A stretch of 61,076 bases of DNA, counting the filler, from Malassezia furfur (Eukaryota): NCBI GenBank assembly GCA_052055015.1. It is 5 parts of 5 records of this genome, joined end to end, with 100 filler letters (N's around TTAATTAATTAA, not from the genome) between each part and the next. Parts side by side here need not be neighbours in the genome. Positions count along the whole stretch, not along the records: positions 12,353 to 24,519 come from JBQJIT010000341.1; positions 24,620 to 36,741 come from JBQJIT010000342.1; 3 more parts are not named here. One strand, given 5' to 3'. The notes under the pieces are model-generated. The model worked only from the letters and a program-made list of their open reading frames with translations. It did no database searches and had not been told where the DNA came from. The position numbers and the translations under genes were made by a program. Below, one piece after another: positions 22,899-33,139 of this stretch (position 1 is its first letter; every line of letters starts with the position of its first letter).

Positions 22899-24519
22899 TT
22901 ACGAAAGGTCCCCGCGGGGATACGAGTGGATGCCCATCCGCTCGTTGTATCGGTCGATCTCCCACTGCGCCAGGCCGTCGGGGCCGTTCCAGTTCGCCGA
23001 GCTCGTGCGCTTGCGTATGCGCCGGCGGTCGCCTTTCCGGGGCGGCAGCATGGTATCGAGGGGCACAGGGCCCAGCTGGAACCCAAAGATCTCGTCGGGG
23101 TCCACCGTAGACTGCTGTAGCAACAAGTCCTCCAGCTCGCGCCCACGCGTCCACGACGGCTCAAGCTTGCGCTTCTTGATCGACGCCTCGTCCTCAGAGT
23201 CCGAGTACTCGCTCTGGACATCGGGCAGTTCATCGGTGCTCACGTTGCCCGCCGGCTCTGTCACCGCTGGCTGCTGCTGGAAGACGTTGGTAGTGCTCAA
23301 CGCCGAAGACCGCGGCGCTTCACCCGCCTTGGGCCACGCACGCGGCGCGCCCGTCACCGGACGCACAGGCGCACGCACCGTGCTGCCACCGGCTTTGGTC
23401 GATGGCATCGCCGTCGTCGTCAGCTTACTCTTGAGCGCCGACTCGGTCGAGACCCGCTCGTCGTGGCCCGACGGCTCACGTACCGGCTGCTGCGACACTT
23501 TCCGCCGCTTCCCCTCTGCATCGTACGTGTACGAGGGTGCTGCTGTCGAGACGCGCCCGGGCGTCGCACGCACCTGCGACGGCCGCCCAGGCGGCGGCGC
23601 ACGCGGCGGCGGGCGCACCGACGCCACGGTCACGGGGCGCGTTTGGAGCGACGGGCGCGACGCAGGCGACGGCTTGGGCGCAGGCCGCGCGGGCGCAAGC
23701 ACCTTACGCTGCACGGGCCGCGTGGGCGCAGCGCTCGCCTCCTTGGCACGCGGCGGCTCCGCCAACGCACCGGGCATCCCAATCACGGCCTGCACCTGGC
23801 GTTCCTCGAGCTCGTCCAGCTCGTCGTGGAAGCCGAGCGCAGTGTGCACCTCGCGGGCTGGCGACCCGGGCGGCGCAGTACGTGCCGGCGATGTGCCCAG
23901 CGCACTCATCGGGCGCGTCGTCTTGGGCGGCGCCTGGAAGCCGAGCAGGCCCTGGATCCGCGAGCGCAGACTCGACGGCGCCGGCTCGTGCTCAGCCGCA
24001 CTGGGCGTCGTGGTCAATTTGGGCGACGCGGGACGCGGAACCGTGTGGGTGAGCGGCGCAGCGCGCGACGATGTGCCTGTCTTGGCGGTGTTGTGCTGCG
24101 ACGAAGCCACCGTCGCGCGGAAGGGCGACATGCGGTCATCGCGCAGCTTGCCCGGCGATCGCGGCGCGGTGCGGCTTGGCGTCGTGGGCTGCGTCGCGGC
24201 GAGTTGCGGCGCTTTGCCATGCACACGGAACGGCGAGGTATGTAGGGACCGCCCTGGCGACGGTGTCGCCCGGCTTGATGGCGCGCCGGCACCGACGCGG
24301 CTCGGCGAGCGCGGCAGCTGCGAGTGTCCTGGCGAGCGCCCGGTATCGGCACGCGACAGCGGTCGGGGGCCTTCGGCGCGCGACAGGGGGCGGTCGAGGC
24401 GCGAGGGCGTACGGTCCAGCCGCGACCCAGGGCGCTCAGCACGCGATGGCGAGCGCAGCGCGAGGGGGATGCGGCTCGGCGTCGCGGCGGCCCGCGGCGG
24501 TGTCGCAGCGTCACGCGCC
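22899..24519 (-). CDS. INCENP / Pic1-like chromosomal passenger protein, C-terminal part with Aurora-binding IN-box (5' truncated)
   Basis: ELPDVQSEYSDSEDE...PSW...L..Q..VDPDEIFG...RKRTSSANW matches the IN-box. The frame appears open toward the gap. Confidence 0.78.
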
Positions 24520-24619
24520 NNNNNNNNNNNNNNNNNNNNNNNNNNNNNNNNNNNNNNNNNNNNTTAATTAATTAANNNNNNNNNNNNNNNNNNNNNNNNN
24601 NNNNNNNNNNNNNNNNNNN
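24520..24619. other. Artificial contig linker
   Basis: N44-TTAATTAATTAA-N44. Confidence 0.97.
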
Positions 24620-25657
24620 AGCATCGCGGCGCGTGCGCGAGACGGGCGCCAGCTGCGAAAGCCGCTCGGGCGCACGGATCGGCGGCGCGGGACGCACCTG
24701 GCCGTCGTCGGGTCGGTGCGCCGCGCGCTGCTGGGAGGGCGCCGCGTCGACCGCCACAGCCGGAGCCCGCGCAGGCGTCGGCGCAGGCTCAGTGTGCCGC
24801 ACCCACGCGTCGCTCGCATTCACGAGCCGGCGGTGCATGCGTCGCACACGCTCCTCGAGGCTGTAGCCCGCGAGGCGATCGCTCTCCCATGCCATGCGCT
24901 GCTGCAGCACACGGGGGTCGGTCGGCGCATCCGCCTCTGTGTCGCTGCTGCTCGCATCCGAGTGCGCATCGTCGGCCGGCACCGGTGCTGGTGCCGCTGC
25001 CCCCTCGTCGTCGCTCACGAACGGCGGCGGCGGGCTTTGTGGCACGGGCGCACGCGCGTGTGGCGCACTGGCCGCCGGCGGGGGTGGCGACGCTGTGGCC
25101 GCAAATGCCGGCGGCGGATCGATCAAGTCGAGCTCGGCCAACCCGGGGTCTGTTGAGATTTCGTCCCACACGTTCAAGCGGCGGTCCCAAGCGCGCCCCT
25201 CGGCGGCTGGCGGCGTACGCGGTGCCGCGCTTTCGGACGGCGCCTCTGCACGCGCCGTGTGCCGAGCCGGTGTGCTGCGCGGCGCGGCACTGCGTCCCGC
25301 CGCATGTGCGCGCGAGCGCGGGCGGGCGGTGCGCGAGGCGGAGGGGGCGGTGCGGCGTGCCGGGATGTGTGCTTCGCGCGCGAGTCGGTGCAAATCCGAG
25401 GTGCTTGCGCGCCCCGGCTGCGATACGAGCAGGCGCGGCGGGCGTGCGTCGGCCGCCTGGCGCTTGTCGCGGCCGCGGCGCCGGCGGATGTTGTCTGGCG
25501 CCGTGAGGGTGATGCGCCCGAGATGGTTCTCGACATTGGTGAGGAAGGGCGCGGTGGCCTGCGGCGCGGCCGCGTCGCACCCATTAAAGGACGAGGATGC
25601 CTGGTCCGGCGAGTCGGTTGCCGCGCGCTCGCCGCGCGCGTCTGTCGGCACCGCCAT
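24620..25657 (-). CDS. Hypothetical low-complexity protein, N-terminal part (3' truncated)
   Basis: ATG-initiated ORF running into the gap, divergent from RPL10. Short ordered patch PPPFVSDDE...WESDRLAGYSLEERV. Confidence 0.5.
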
Positions 25658-25909
25658 GCATGCACGCGATCCTTAGGAGGCCCCGGCGCAGGGCTCGCGT
25701 GGCTTGGCGTGTCCCTAGGCCCGAGCGGGGAAGTGGAGGTCGCCCCCCGGGGGCTCACGTGGTTTTTACAAAGAACTGTATGTGGCGTGCGAAACGGTGC
25801 GTGATTCCTCGGCCGCACGCCGCCCGCCGTTTCCTCCCTCCCACGTCTGAGCCAGAAGTCAAGGTACGTACGGTGGCGTCCGCCGAGCGACCGGTGCTAA
25901 CACGCGCAG

Positions 25910-26619
25910 ATGGGACGCCGCCCTGCACGTTGCTACCGCTACTGCAAGAACAAGCCTTACGTACGTATCTGCGGCATGTGTGAGAACAGACGCTAACCCC
26001 CGTCCAGCCCAAGTCGCGCTACAACCGTGGTGTGCCGGACCCCAAGATCCGCATCTACGACCTGGGCCGTAAGAAGGCTTCTGTGGACGACTTCCCCTTC
26101 TGTGTGCACTTGGTGTGTGACGAGCACCAGCAGATCACGTCGGAGGCTCTCGAGGCTTCGCGTATCTGTGCCAACAAGTACATGACCAAGACCACCGGTA
26201 AGGACTCGTTCCACCTCCGCGTGCGTGTGCACCCCTACCACGTTATCCGCATCAACAAGATGCTTTCGTGCGCTGGTGCCGACCGTCTGCAGACGGGTAT
26301 GCGTGGTGCCTTCGGTAAGCCCTACGGCCTTGTTGCCCGTGTGGACATTGGTCAGGTGCTCCTGTCGATCCGTACCCGTGACGCGAACCGCGCGGTGGCC
26401 ATCGAGGCTCTCCGCCGCTCGCGTTACAAGTTCGCGGGTCGCCAGAAGATCATTGTCTCCAAGAAGTGGGGCTTCACGGACATGAGCCGCGAGGACTACA
26501 TGGAGGCGCGCCAGAGCAACCGTATCATGAAGGACGGCTGCTACCTCAAGTACGTGAACAACCACGGCCGTGTTGAGGAGAACATTCGCCTCCAGGCGAT
26601 TGTGTCCCGGCAGAAGTAA
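25910..26619 (+). CDS. RPL10: 60S ribosomal protein uL16 (L10); coding intron 25961-26007 and 5'UTR intron 25864-25909
   Basis: [37 protein letters not shown]...[19 protein letters not shown]. Confidence 0.97.
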
Positions 26620-26916
26620 AATTCCGCATGCATGGTCCGGATGATGTGTGATTCTTTGTAGCTACATACGTCCGGTGGTGTACGAAAATGAAAGGCGTTG
26701 CCTCTGACACGAGTGGGAAAGGAGTGGTGTGGTGCATTGCCTCGGCTTGCTCGCCGGCGTGCACACGGTCGGGCGCCGTGGCCTCTCGCGCGCGCCACCG
26801 CCACCTAGGGCGACCCAAAAAAAAATTCGCGCCCCCGTAGCGAGTGTCCCCCCCAGCCACGTGGCCCCTTCGTTTCGCGCCGCCGGCTTGTGTCCGACCG
26901 GATTGTGCTTTTCGCC

Positions 26917-28155
26917 ATGCCTGCACCTCCCAAGCCGTGGGAGGTCTCGGGGGGGACCGAGGCAGGTCCATCCAGTGCACCGAGCACCAGTGCAGATGCG
27001 GCACCTCCCGTGCCGGAGCGCCCGTCCTCGCTGACGTCCGGCGCTGCGGATCCACACGGCTCTGCCCTCAACAGCGCCTACCGCTCCAACATGGGCGGCT
27101 ACGGCGCCGGCTATGGCTCAGGATATGGCGGCTACGGCGGCTACGGATCAAGCTACACGTCTCCGTACAGCCGCATGGGTGGCTACGGAGGCATGGGCTA
27201 CGGTGGCATGGGCGGCTACGGCATGGGGTACGGCGGCTACGGCGGTATGGGGTATGGCGGCATGGGCGGCTACGGCGGCATGGGTTACGGCGGCTACGGC
27301 GGCATGGGCTACGGCGGCATGGGCCAGCCCGGGGACCCGTCGCTGACCCAGCGTATGGAGAGTGGCACGCAGGCGACGTTCGAGCTGATCTCGTCGATCG
27401 TGTCGGCGTTTGGCGGATTTGCTCAGATGCTCGAGTCGACGTTCATGGCGACGCACTCGTCCTTCTTTGCGATGGTCGGTGTCGCGGACCAGTTCGCGTA
27501 CCTGCGCAACTACCTCGGCCAGGTGCTCAGCATCTTTGCGCTGTGGCGCCATGCCAAAAACCTGCTGCTGCGCATGACGGGGCGGCGGCCCGTGGGCATC
27601 GACGCAGACGAGTTCCGCAACTTCCGCAACCACGGCGGCACTCGCTCTGCCGCCTCGAAACCGAACAAGCGGCCCCTGTTTGTCTTTTTCTTGGCAGTGA
27701 TTGGCCTCCCCTACCTTATGGGCAAGCTCGTCAAGGTCATCACCGCGCGGCAGGAAGCGGAGCGTGCGCGCATTGCGAAGGAGGCGTCCGAGTCCGGCAT
27801 GAACCTCAAGCAGCTCATGGATGCGCAGGGCGGCACGATCGATCCGAGCAAGCTGCCGTTCGCTGTCGCACGCTGGGAGTACAAAGCCACCAACCCGATG
27901 GAGTTGAGCCTGAACCCGGGAGACATCGTTGCGGTGATCTCCAAGGTCAACCCGGATACCAAGGAAGAGGGGATGTGGTGGACGGGCCGCAAGCGCGACG
28001 GCAGCATGGGCTACTTCCCATCGCCGTACGTTGAGGTCGTCGATATGAACAGCCGCCCGAGCGCAAGCACCCAGCCAAAAGCGCGCGCGATCGAAGCGCC
28101 GCCCACGCCGGCGACCCAGCATGAGGCAGCGGCGAACAAGGTTCGGATGGCTTGA
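26917..28155 (+). CDS. PEX13: Peroxin 13
   Basis: PPKPWE N-terminus, YGG repeats, GGFAQMLESTFMATHSSFFAM and a C-terminal SH3 domain (W..G......GYFP.PYV). Confidence 0.95.
   Translation: MPAPPKPWEVSGGTEAGPSSAPSTSADAAPPVPERPSSLTSGAADPHGSALNSAYRSNMGGYGAGYGSGYGGYGGYGSSYTSPYSRMGGYGGMGYGGMGGYGMGYGGYGGMGYGGMGGYGGMGYGGYGGMGYGGMGQPGDPSLTQRMESGTQATFELISSIVSAFGGFAQMLESTFMATHSSFFAMVGVADQFAYLRNYLGQVLSIFALWRHAKNLLLRMTGRRPVGIDADEFRNFRNHGGTRSAASKPNKRPLFVFFLAVIGLPYLMGKLVKVITARQEAERARIAKEASESGMNLKQLMDAQGGTIDPSKLPFAVARWEYKATNPMELSLNPGDIVAVISKVNPDTKEEGMWWTGRKRDGSMGYFPSPYVEVVDMNSRPSASTQPKARAIEAPPTPATQHEAAANKVRMA
27090..27325 (+). repeat. Coding Gly-Tyr-Met low-complexity repeat (GGYGGMGY)n of Pex13
   Basis: Repeated GGCGGCTACGGCGGCATGGG-like units. 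Confidence 0.85.
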
Positions 28156-28216
28156 TTGTATGATAGTGCATAGTCGCGAAACGAGCCACATTGCTCGTCC
28201 TTCCTTCTGCCTCCAC

Positions 28217-29429
28217 ATGCGTTGGGCGTTGAGCTTGGGCCGCCCGCGAGGCGCACCGCTGTGCCTGGCTCGCACGTTGACCTCAAGTGCCCATTGCGGC
28301 GCGGCACATGCAGCCAAGGAGCCGAAAGGCAAGCCACACCGCGTGATCGTGTCTGGCATCCAGCCGACCGGGATTCCGCATGTACGTCGCACACACACTC
28401 ACACAGATCGGTAACTACCTCGGTGCACTCAAGAACTGGGTGGATCTGCAGAACACGGCTGCACCTGACGATGAGCTCTTCTTCTTCCTGGCTGATCTAC
28501 ATGCCCTCACGGTGCCGCAGGACCCGGCACGGCTCTACCAGGACCGGCGCAACATGATGGCCGCCCTGGTCGCGACCGGAATCGACCCGCACCGATGCAC
28601 CTTGTTCCACCAGGACCAGGTGCCGGAGCACACGCAGCTGATGTGGTTCCTCTCGTGCATCACGTCGTTCGGGCGGCTCGAGCGCATGACGACGTGGAAG
28701 TCGAAGCTTGCGACCCTCCAGGAGAGCGAGAAGGTGAACGAGGCGCAACTGCAACTCGGCCTCTTCTCCTACCCCGTGCTGCAGGCGGCCGACATCCTCA
28801 TCTACCACGGCACACACGTCCCCGTGGGCGAGGACCAAACGCAGCACCTCGAGCTCACGCGCGACATTGCACACCAATTCAACAATGCGGTCAAGAAGCG
28901 CTACTTCCAGCAGCCCGATTACATGCTCACACCCACGAAGCGCATCCTCTCTCTGCGCAATCCGGAGCAAAAAATGTCCAAGTCGGCGCCCGATGCCAAC
29001 TCGCGCATCCTTGTCACCGACTCGCCGGAGGAAATCCGCGCCAAGGTCCGGCGAGCCGTGACCGACAGCGAACGCAGCATCACCTATGAGCCCGAGCGCC
29101 GGCCGGGTATGAGCAACCTAATCGCGATCCTCGCGGCGTTCGGAGGCGGCACCGTGCGCGCGCGCCTCATGGAAGCCGAGAGCGATCCCGACCCCACCAG
29201 CGTCGCGGCCGTGCTCCAAGAGGTTACGGGCGGCTCGGGTGCCAAGCTCAAAGAGGTGCTCACCGAGAGCATCGTTGAGGCGCTCCGGCCCTTCCAGGCC
29301 GAGTATACCAAGCTCGTGCAAGAGCCGGCGTACCTCGACGAGATCGCCGAGATTGGCCGCGCCAAAGCAAGCCAACGCGCGGCTCAGACCGTGCACGAGG
29401 TACGCACCCTGCTCGGCTTGCAAAAGTAG
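28217..29429 (+). CDS. MSW1: Mitochondrial tryptophanyl-tRNA synthetase; intron 28382-28406
   Basis: SGIQPTGIPH|IGNYLGA, YPVLQAADIL, VPVGEDQ and KMSKS motifs. Confidence 0.95.
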
Positions 29430-29459
29430 ACAGGAAGTTCACTATAGTACACGAGACGT

Positions 29460-30086
29460 CTACCCCATCGTCAAAAGCATGTCCTGAACGAGACGGGCGG
29501 CCTCCTTGTGCAGGTACGAGTACTCCTCCTGGTAGTTCTCCTTCACCTTGGTCTCGCCCTTCTCAATCGCCTTCTTGCCGCCGCCCGGGACAATCATCAC
29601 GCAGCTGGTCGGGCGCTTGGTGCTGGACGCGTTCCCGAGCTGGTCCTTCGACGCCACGTACACGTAGGGGTTGTTCGTGTCCTCGCAAAGGCCGGGGATG
29701 TGCGACATGATGTCCACCGGGGAGATATCGCCGGCCAGAATCACCACACCGTTTTCGCCCTTGCGCAGGCTCTTGACCACCTCCTTGACGCCGCGCTTAA
29801 CGTGGCCGCGCGACTTGGACGCCTTCTTGATCGTCTTGAACACCTTCTTGGTCAGGTGCTTCTCGGCCAGCGGGTGAGCAATGGGGCTGAGCAGCGCGGG
29901 GTCCGGCTCGCCGTCGTCTTCTTCCGCAGCCTCGGTCATCGTCACGTCCCCGTCCGTGTCCTCCACGAACACCTCCTTCTTGTCCTTCTTGTCCTTCTTG
30001 TCCTTCTTTTCCTTCTTTTCCTTCTTCTCCTTCTTGGGAGAGTCTGCCGAAGCAGCCTTCTTCGACTTCACGTCCTCAGCCGCCAT
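29460..30086 (-). CDS. NHP2: H/ACA snoRNP subunit Nhp2 (L7Ae family) with KKE-repeat N-terminus
   Basis: SPIAHPLA, KRGVKEVVK.LRKG, AGDISPVD..SHIP.LCED and TKRPTSCVMI motifs. Confidence 0.93.
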   Translation of the reverse strand: MAAEDVKSKKAASADSPKKEKKEKKEKKDKKDKKDKKEVFVEDTDGDVTMTEAAEEDDGEPDPALLSPIAHPLAEKHLTKKVFKTIKKASKSRGHVKRGVKEVVKSLRKGENGVVILAGDISPVDIMSHIPGLCEDTNNPYVYVASKDQLGNASSTKRPTSCVMIVPGGGKKAIEKGETKVKENYQEEYSYLHKEAARLVQDMLLTMG

Positions 30087-30244
30087 GACGATCGCAGGGT
30101 GCGGCCTGCAGACCGAGCGCGCCTCCGTCAAACTTCCAGTGTCGGCCGAGGAATTTTTTTCCCACCTGCCCGCGAGTCGGCGCGCAGAGGTTTTCTTCTG
30201 CCGTCACTAGCGACAAGGTTCGTGCGAGCGCCGCCCGGACAATC

Positions 30245-30316
30245 AGGATGTTTCAACACACAAACTAGAGTCTCGCGGTGACCTCGAGTCAATTCGCGAT
30301 AACTTCTGTTGCCTGA
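30245..30316 (+). ncRNA. snR78: Box C/D snoRNA, snR78/SNORD52-like (predicted guide for 25S Um2421, yeast numbering)
   Basis: C-like box AGGATGT at 30245 and D box CTGA at 30313-30316. Guide CAAACTAGAGTC (30261-30272) is complementary to 25S GACUCUAGUUUG. The D' box is degenerate. Confidence 0.75.
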
Positions 30317-30410
30317 ACTGTCCTTTGCTTTTGCCGTGCAATGCTGACACCACAGCTTGCTCGTGCGCGCCATGGTCTTTGAGTTGTAAGTGTCTACCCT
30401 TCTCGGTTCG

Positions 30411-30509
30411 AGGATTACCTATCGATCGACTTTGTCGATTGCTGGAAATTACCGTCCGAGCGTGTTGGGCCGCAACCCCTTCACCAAACTGAGGATGCTT
30501 TAAGGCTGA
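30411..30509 (+). ncRNA. snR77: Box C/D snoRNA, snR77/SNORD65-like (predicted guide for 18S Um578)
   Basis: C-like box AGGATTA at 30411. Guide GCTGGA(A)ATTACCG (30441-30454) pairs with 18S CGGUAAUUCCAGC with one bulged A. D' CCGA at 30456-30459 puts the +5 position opposite the U of GGU. C' AGGATGC, D CTGA at 30506-30509. Confidence 0.75.
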
Positions 30510-30594
30510 ATTTATGAGTCTTTTCTCCCTCGTAACTATGTTGAACAGGGCTGACCACCAGACATGTAAGTGTCCCTCCCCAATCGCCCCTTGT

Positions 30595-30683
30595 AGGATG
30601 AGACCTTTCACGACGGTCTGCGTACGGCTCAGCCGCTGGCGAAAAGGCCCGAAACCCAATTCTGTATCCGGGCACTTCTCTGA
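30595..30683 (+). ncRNA. snR73: Box C/D snoRNA, snR73/SNORD35-like (predicted guide for 25S Cm2959)
   Basis: C box AGGATGA at 30595. Guide TCACGACGGTCT (30608-30619) is complementary to 25S AGACCGUCGUGA. Degenerate D' CGTA, D CTGA at 30680-30683. Confidence 0.78.
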
Positions 30684-30753
30684 ACACCCCTTCCCCTCCT
30701 CCATTGTGACAGCATACTGACCCTCTAGTGACATAGTCTTGATACCCTAATAT

Positions 30754-31571
30754 CTACGCAGGCTTTTGTCCGCGGCTCGTCATACACGGCTCTGGGATCG
30801 GCGAGGCTGGGTCGATGGGCGGCAGACGCGCCCGGCCCACCTTGTAGTAGGTGTGGTGCTCCTTGAAGAACTTGTGCCAGTTGTCGAGGGCGGCCAGTTC
30901 TTGGCGCGTCAGCCCACGCAGGTCGTGCGTTAGGTGCGTCGTGAAGCAGCCCGTGACAAACGCGCGCGACGCATCACGGCCGGCCAGATTGTGGTACGGG
31001 CTGCCCTTCCGGTAGTGCATCCGACCGGCGCTAACATCAAACACGTCGCCCTTGATCGAGAGCTGAAGGGTCAGTTGTGGTCCACGTACCAAGATCGGAA
31101 GCGAATCATTGTCGCCGTTGAACACCATCAGTCGGTCGGGCGTAAACACATGCTGCTCCGCCTGGGGTCAGGAGTGCGTCCACGTACCGGAATGTAGGTG
31201 TGCCAGTTGGTCCATTTCCCGCGATAACCCCACAGTGGGTCGTTGGCGAAAAAGAGGCCACTGAGCACCGCAATAGCGATTGCGATGAATGCAACCATAA
31301 AGGAAATGCCAAAGAAACGCGCAATGGGCGCATCGTCGTTAAAGTCGTCCAGCTCCGAGGGCGGCAAGGTTCGACCCTCGGCGCGTGCCTTCTTGAGCTC
31401 CTCCTTGCGTGCCTGCTTGGCAAGATAGCGCTGGTGCACAAGCATGGGCTGGTTGGCTTTTTTATAAGGCACCGAGCGTCCCGTAGACGGATCCACGTCC
31501 TTGCGTTCCTCTTTCGACGTCTCCGGCTGCGCTGGAGCACCGTTCGCCTTCTCGTTCGCGTCCGAGGTCAT
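30754..31571 (-). CDS. Cytochrome b5-like heme/steroid-binding membrane protein (MAPR family); introns 31162-31187 and 31063-31089
   Basis: TM helix, then LPIL|LSIKGDVFDVS.G...Y..GSPY..LAGRDASRAFVTGCF...THDLRGL...W..FF...Y.KVG. Confidence 0.85.
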
Positions 31572-31623
31572 GGGGAGCTGGTAAGCTCAGACCCATCTGG
31601 AGATATGATTACTAAAAGACTAT

Positions 31624-33044
31624 CTAGTGCTCCGCACCCGGAATGACCTCGACGGTGTCGAGCTCGTTGAGCGCCTCCTCGATCGCCTTCAGGCCGCGCT
31701 CAAGCTCCTCCTCGGTGATGACCAGCGGAGGGGCGAGGCGGATGATGTTTTGGTGGGTGGGCTTCGCGAGAACGCCCTTGGTCTTCAGCAGCAGGCACAG
31801 GTCCCAGGCCGTGCGGTTCTTGGTGCTCTTGGTCTCGTCAATGACGATGGCGTTAAGCAGACCCATACCGCGCACGGTCGACAGAAGAGGGTTCTGGATC
31901 TTGGAGAGACCCTCACGGAACTGCTGGCCGAGGCGCTCGGCGCGCTCAGGCAACTTCTCGTCGACAAGCACATCCAGCGCCGTAATGGCCACGGCGCTGC
32001 CCAGCGGGTTACCGCCGTATGTGCTGCCGTGCTCGCCAGCCTTGATGCACAGCATGACGTCCTTGTCGGCCAGCACAGCACTGACGGGGTACACACCGGC
32101 ACTCAGCGCCTTGCCGAGCGTCACAATGTCGGGGCGCACGCCGTAGTGCTCGTAGCACAGCATCTTGCCCGTGCGGCCAAGACCCGTCTGGATCTCGTCA
32201 ATGATGAGGAGCACGTTGTGCTTCTTGCACAGCTCCGCCACGCGCGGGAAGTAGTCGGGCGACGGCACCACAATGCCGGCCTCGCCCTGGATGGGCTCCA
32301 GCAGCACCGCGGCGGTCTCGTTTCCGTACTTCTCGAGCGCGCGCTCGATGTCCTCGACGTTGTTGTAGCGAATCTTGATGTCGCCCGCCACCGGACCGAC
32401 ACGCTCCAGGAAGGGACCGAAGCCGGTGCGGCTGTCGGGGTCGGTGCTCATACTGATCACACCAAAGGTGCGGCCGTGGAAGTTGCCCGAGGCGCTAAAG
32501 ATGCGCGCCTTGTCCTCCGGCACGCCCTTCTTGACGTACGCCCACTTGCGGGCGAGCTTCATGGCGGTCTCGACGGCCTCCGCACCCGTGTTCATGGGCA
32601 GCACCATGTCGAAGCCGAACATTTGGGTGATCTTCTTGGCGAACTGGCCGAACATCGAGTTGTAGAAGGCGCGCGACGAGAGCGTCAGGCGCTGCGACTG
32701 CGCAATGAGCGTGCCGACCACCGCCGGGTGGCAGTGCCCGTGGTTCACCGCGGAGTACGCCGAGAGGAAGTCGAGGTACTCGTTGCCCTCGGGGTCCCAA
32801 ACGCGCGCGCCGTACGCACGGTCGAACACGACAGGCAGCGGGTGGTAGCTGGGGTCAGTGCGGACGCAACGTACTTGTGCGCGCTGTAGTCGCTCTCGAG
32901 CGTCATCACCTCCTCCGACGACACGTGCTTACGCGTGGTCGCGGTCGCCACAGCGTGGCCTGCAGACGAGGCCGTCGACTTCATGGTGTCGCCCAGGTTG
33001 CCGAGACGCTGCTGGAATTGCTCGATCTGCTCCTTCACGGTCAT
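31624..33044 (-). CDS. CAR2: Ornithine aminotransferase; intron 32849-32874
   Basis: [48 protein letters not shown] and [10 protein letters not shown] motifs. Confidence 0.96.
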
Positions 33045-33139
33045 CTTGGAAGAACTGGGTGGGGAAGAAACTGCGCACGCCGGAGATCTCGGATGTATTC
33101 CACGTGGGGTCACGTGGACCCTTCTTGGCACGAAACGTC

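Larger units (their letters stand above)
30190..30750 (+). ncRNA. Spliced non-coding snoRNA host gene; introns 30218-30355, 30386-30561, 30566-30728; transcript ends approximate
   Basis: Donors GTTCGT, GTAAGT and GTAAGT, branch points GCTGAC, GCTGAC and ACTGAC, acceptors CAG, CAG and TAG. Each intron holds one C/D snoRNA. Internal exons are 30 nt and 4 nt. Confidence 0.75.

Noticed and set aside
26636..26710. Possible C/D snoRNA after RPL10 (ATGATGT...CTCTGA)
   Set aside because: I recognised no rRNA-complementary guide and no flanking splice sites. The simplest reading is the RPL10 3'UTR.
30243..30734. 163-aa minus-strand ORF and smaller ORFs in this interval
   Set aside because: They have no protein motif or typical codon bias, and the region is better explained by the plus-strand snoRNA host.
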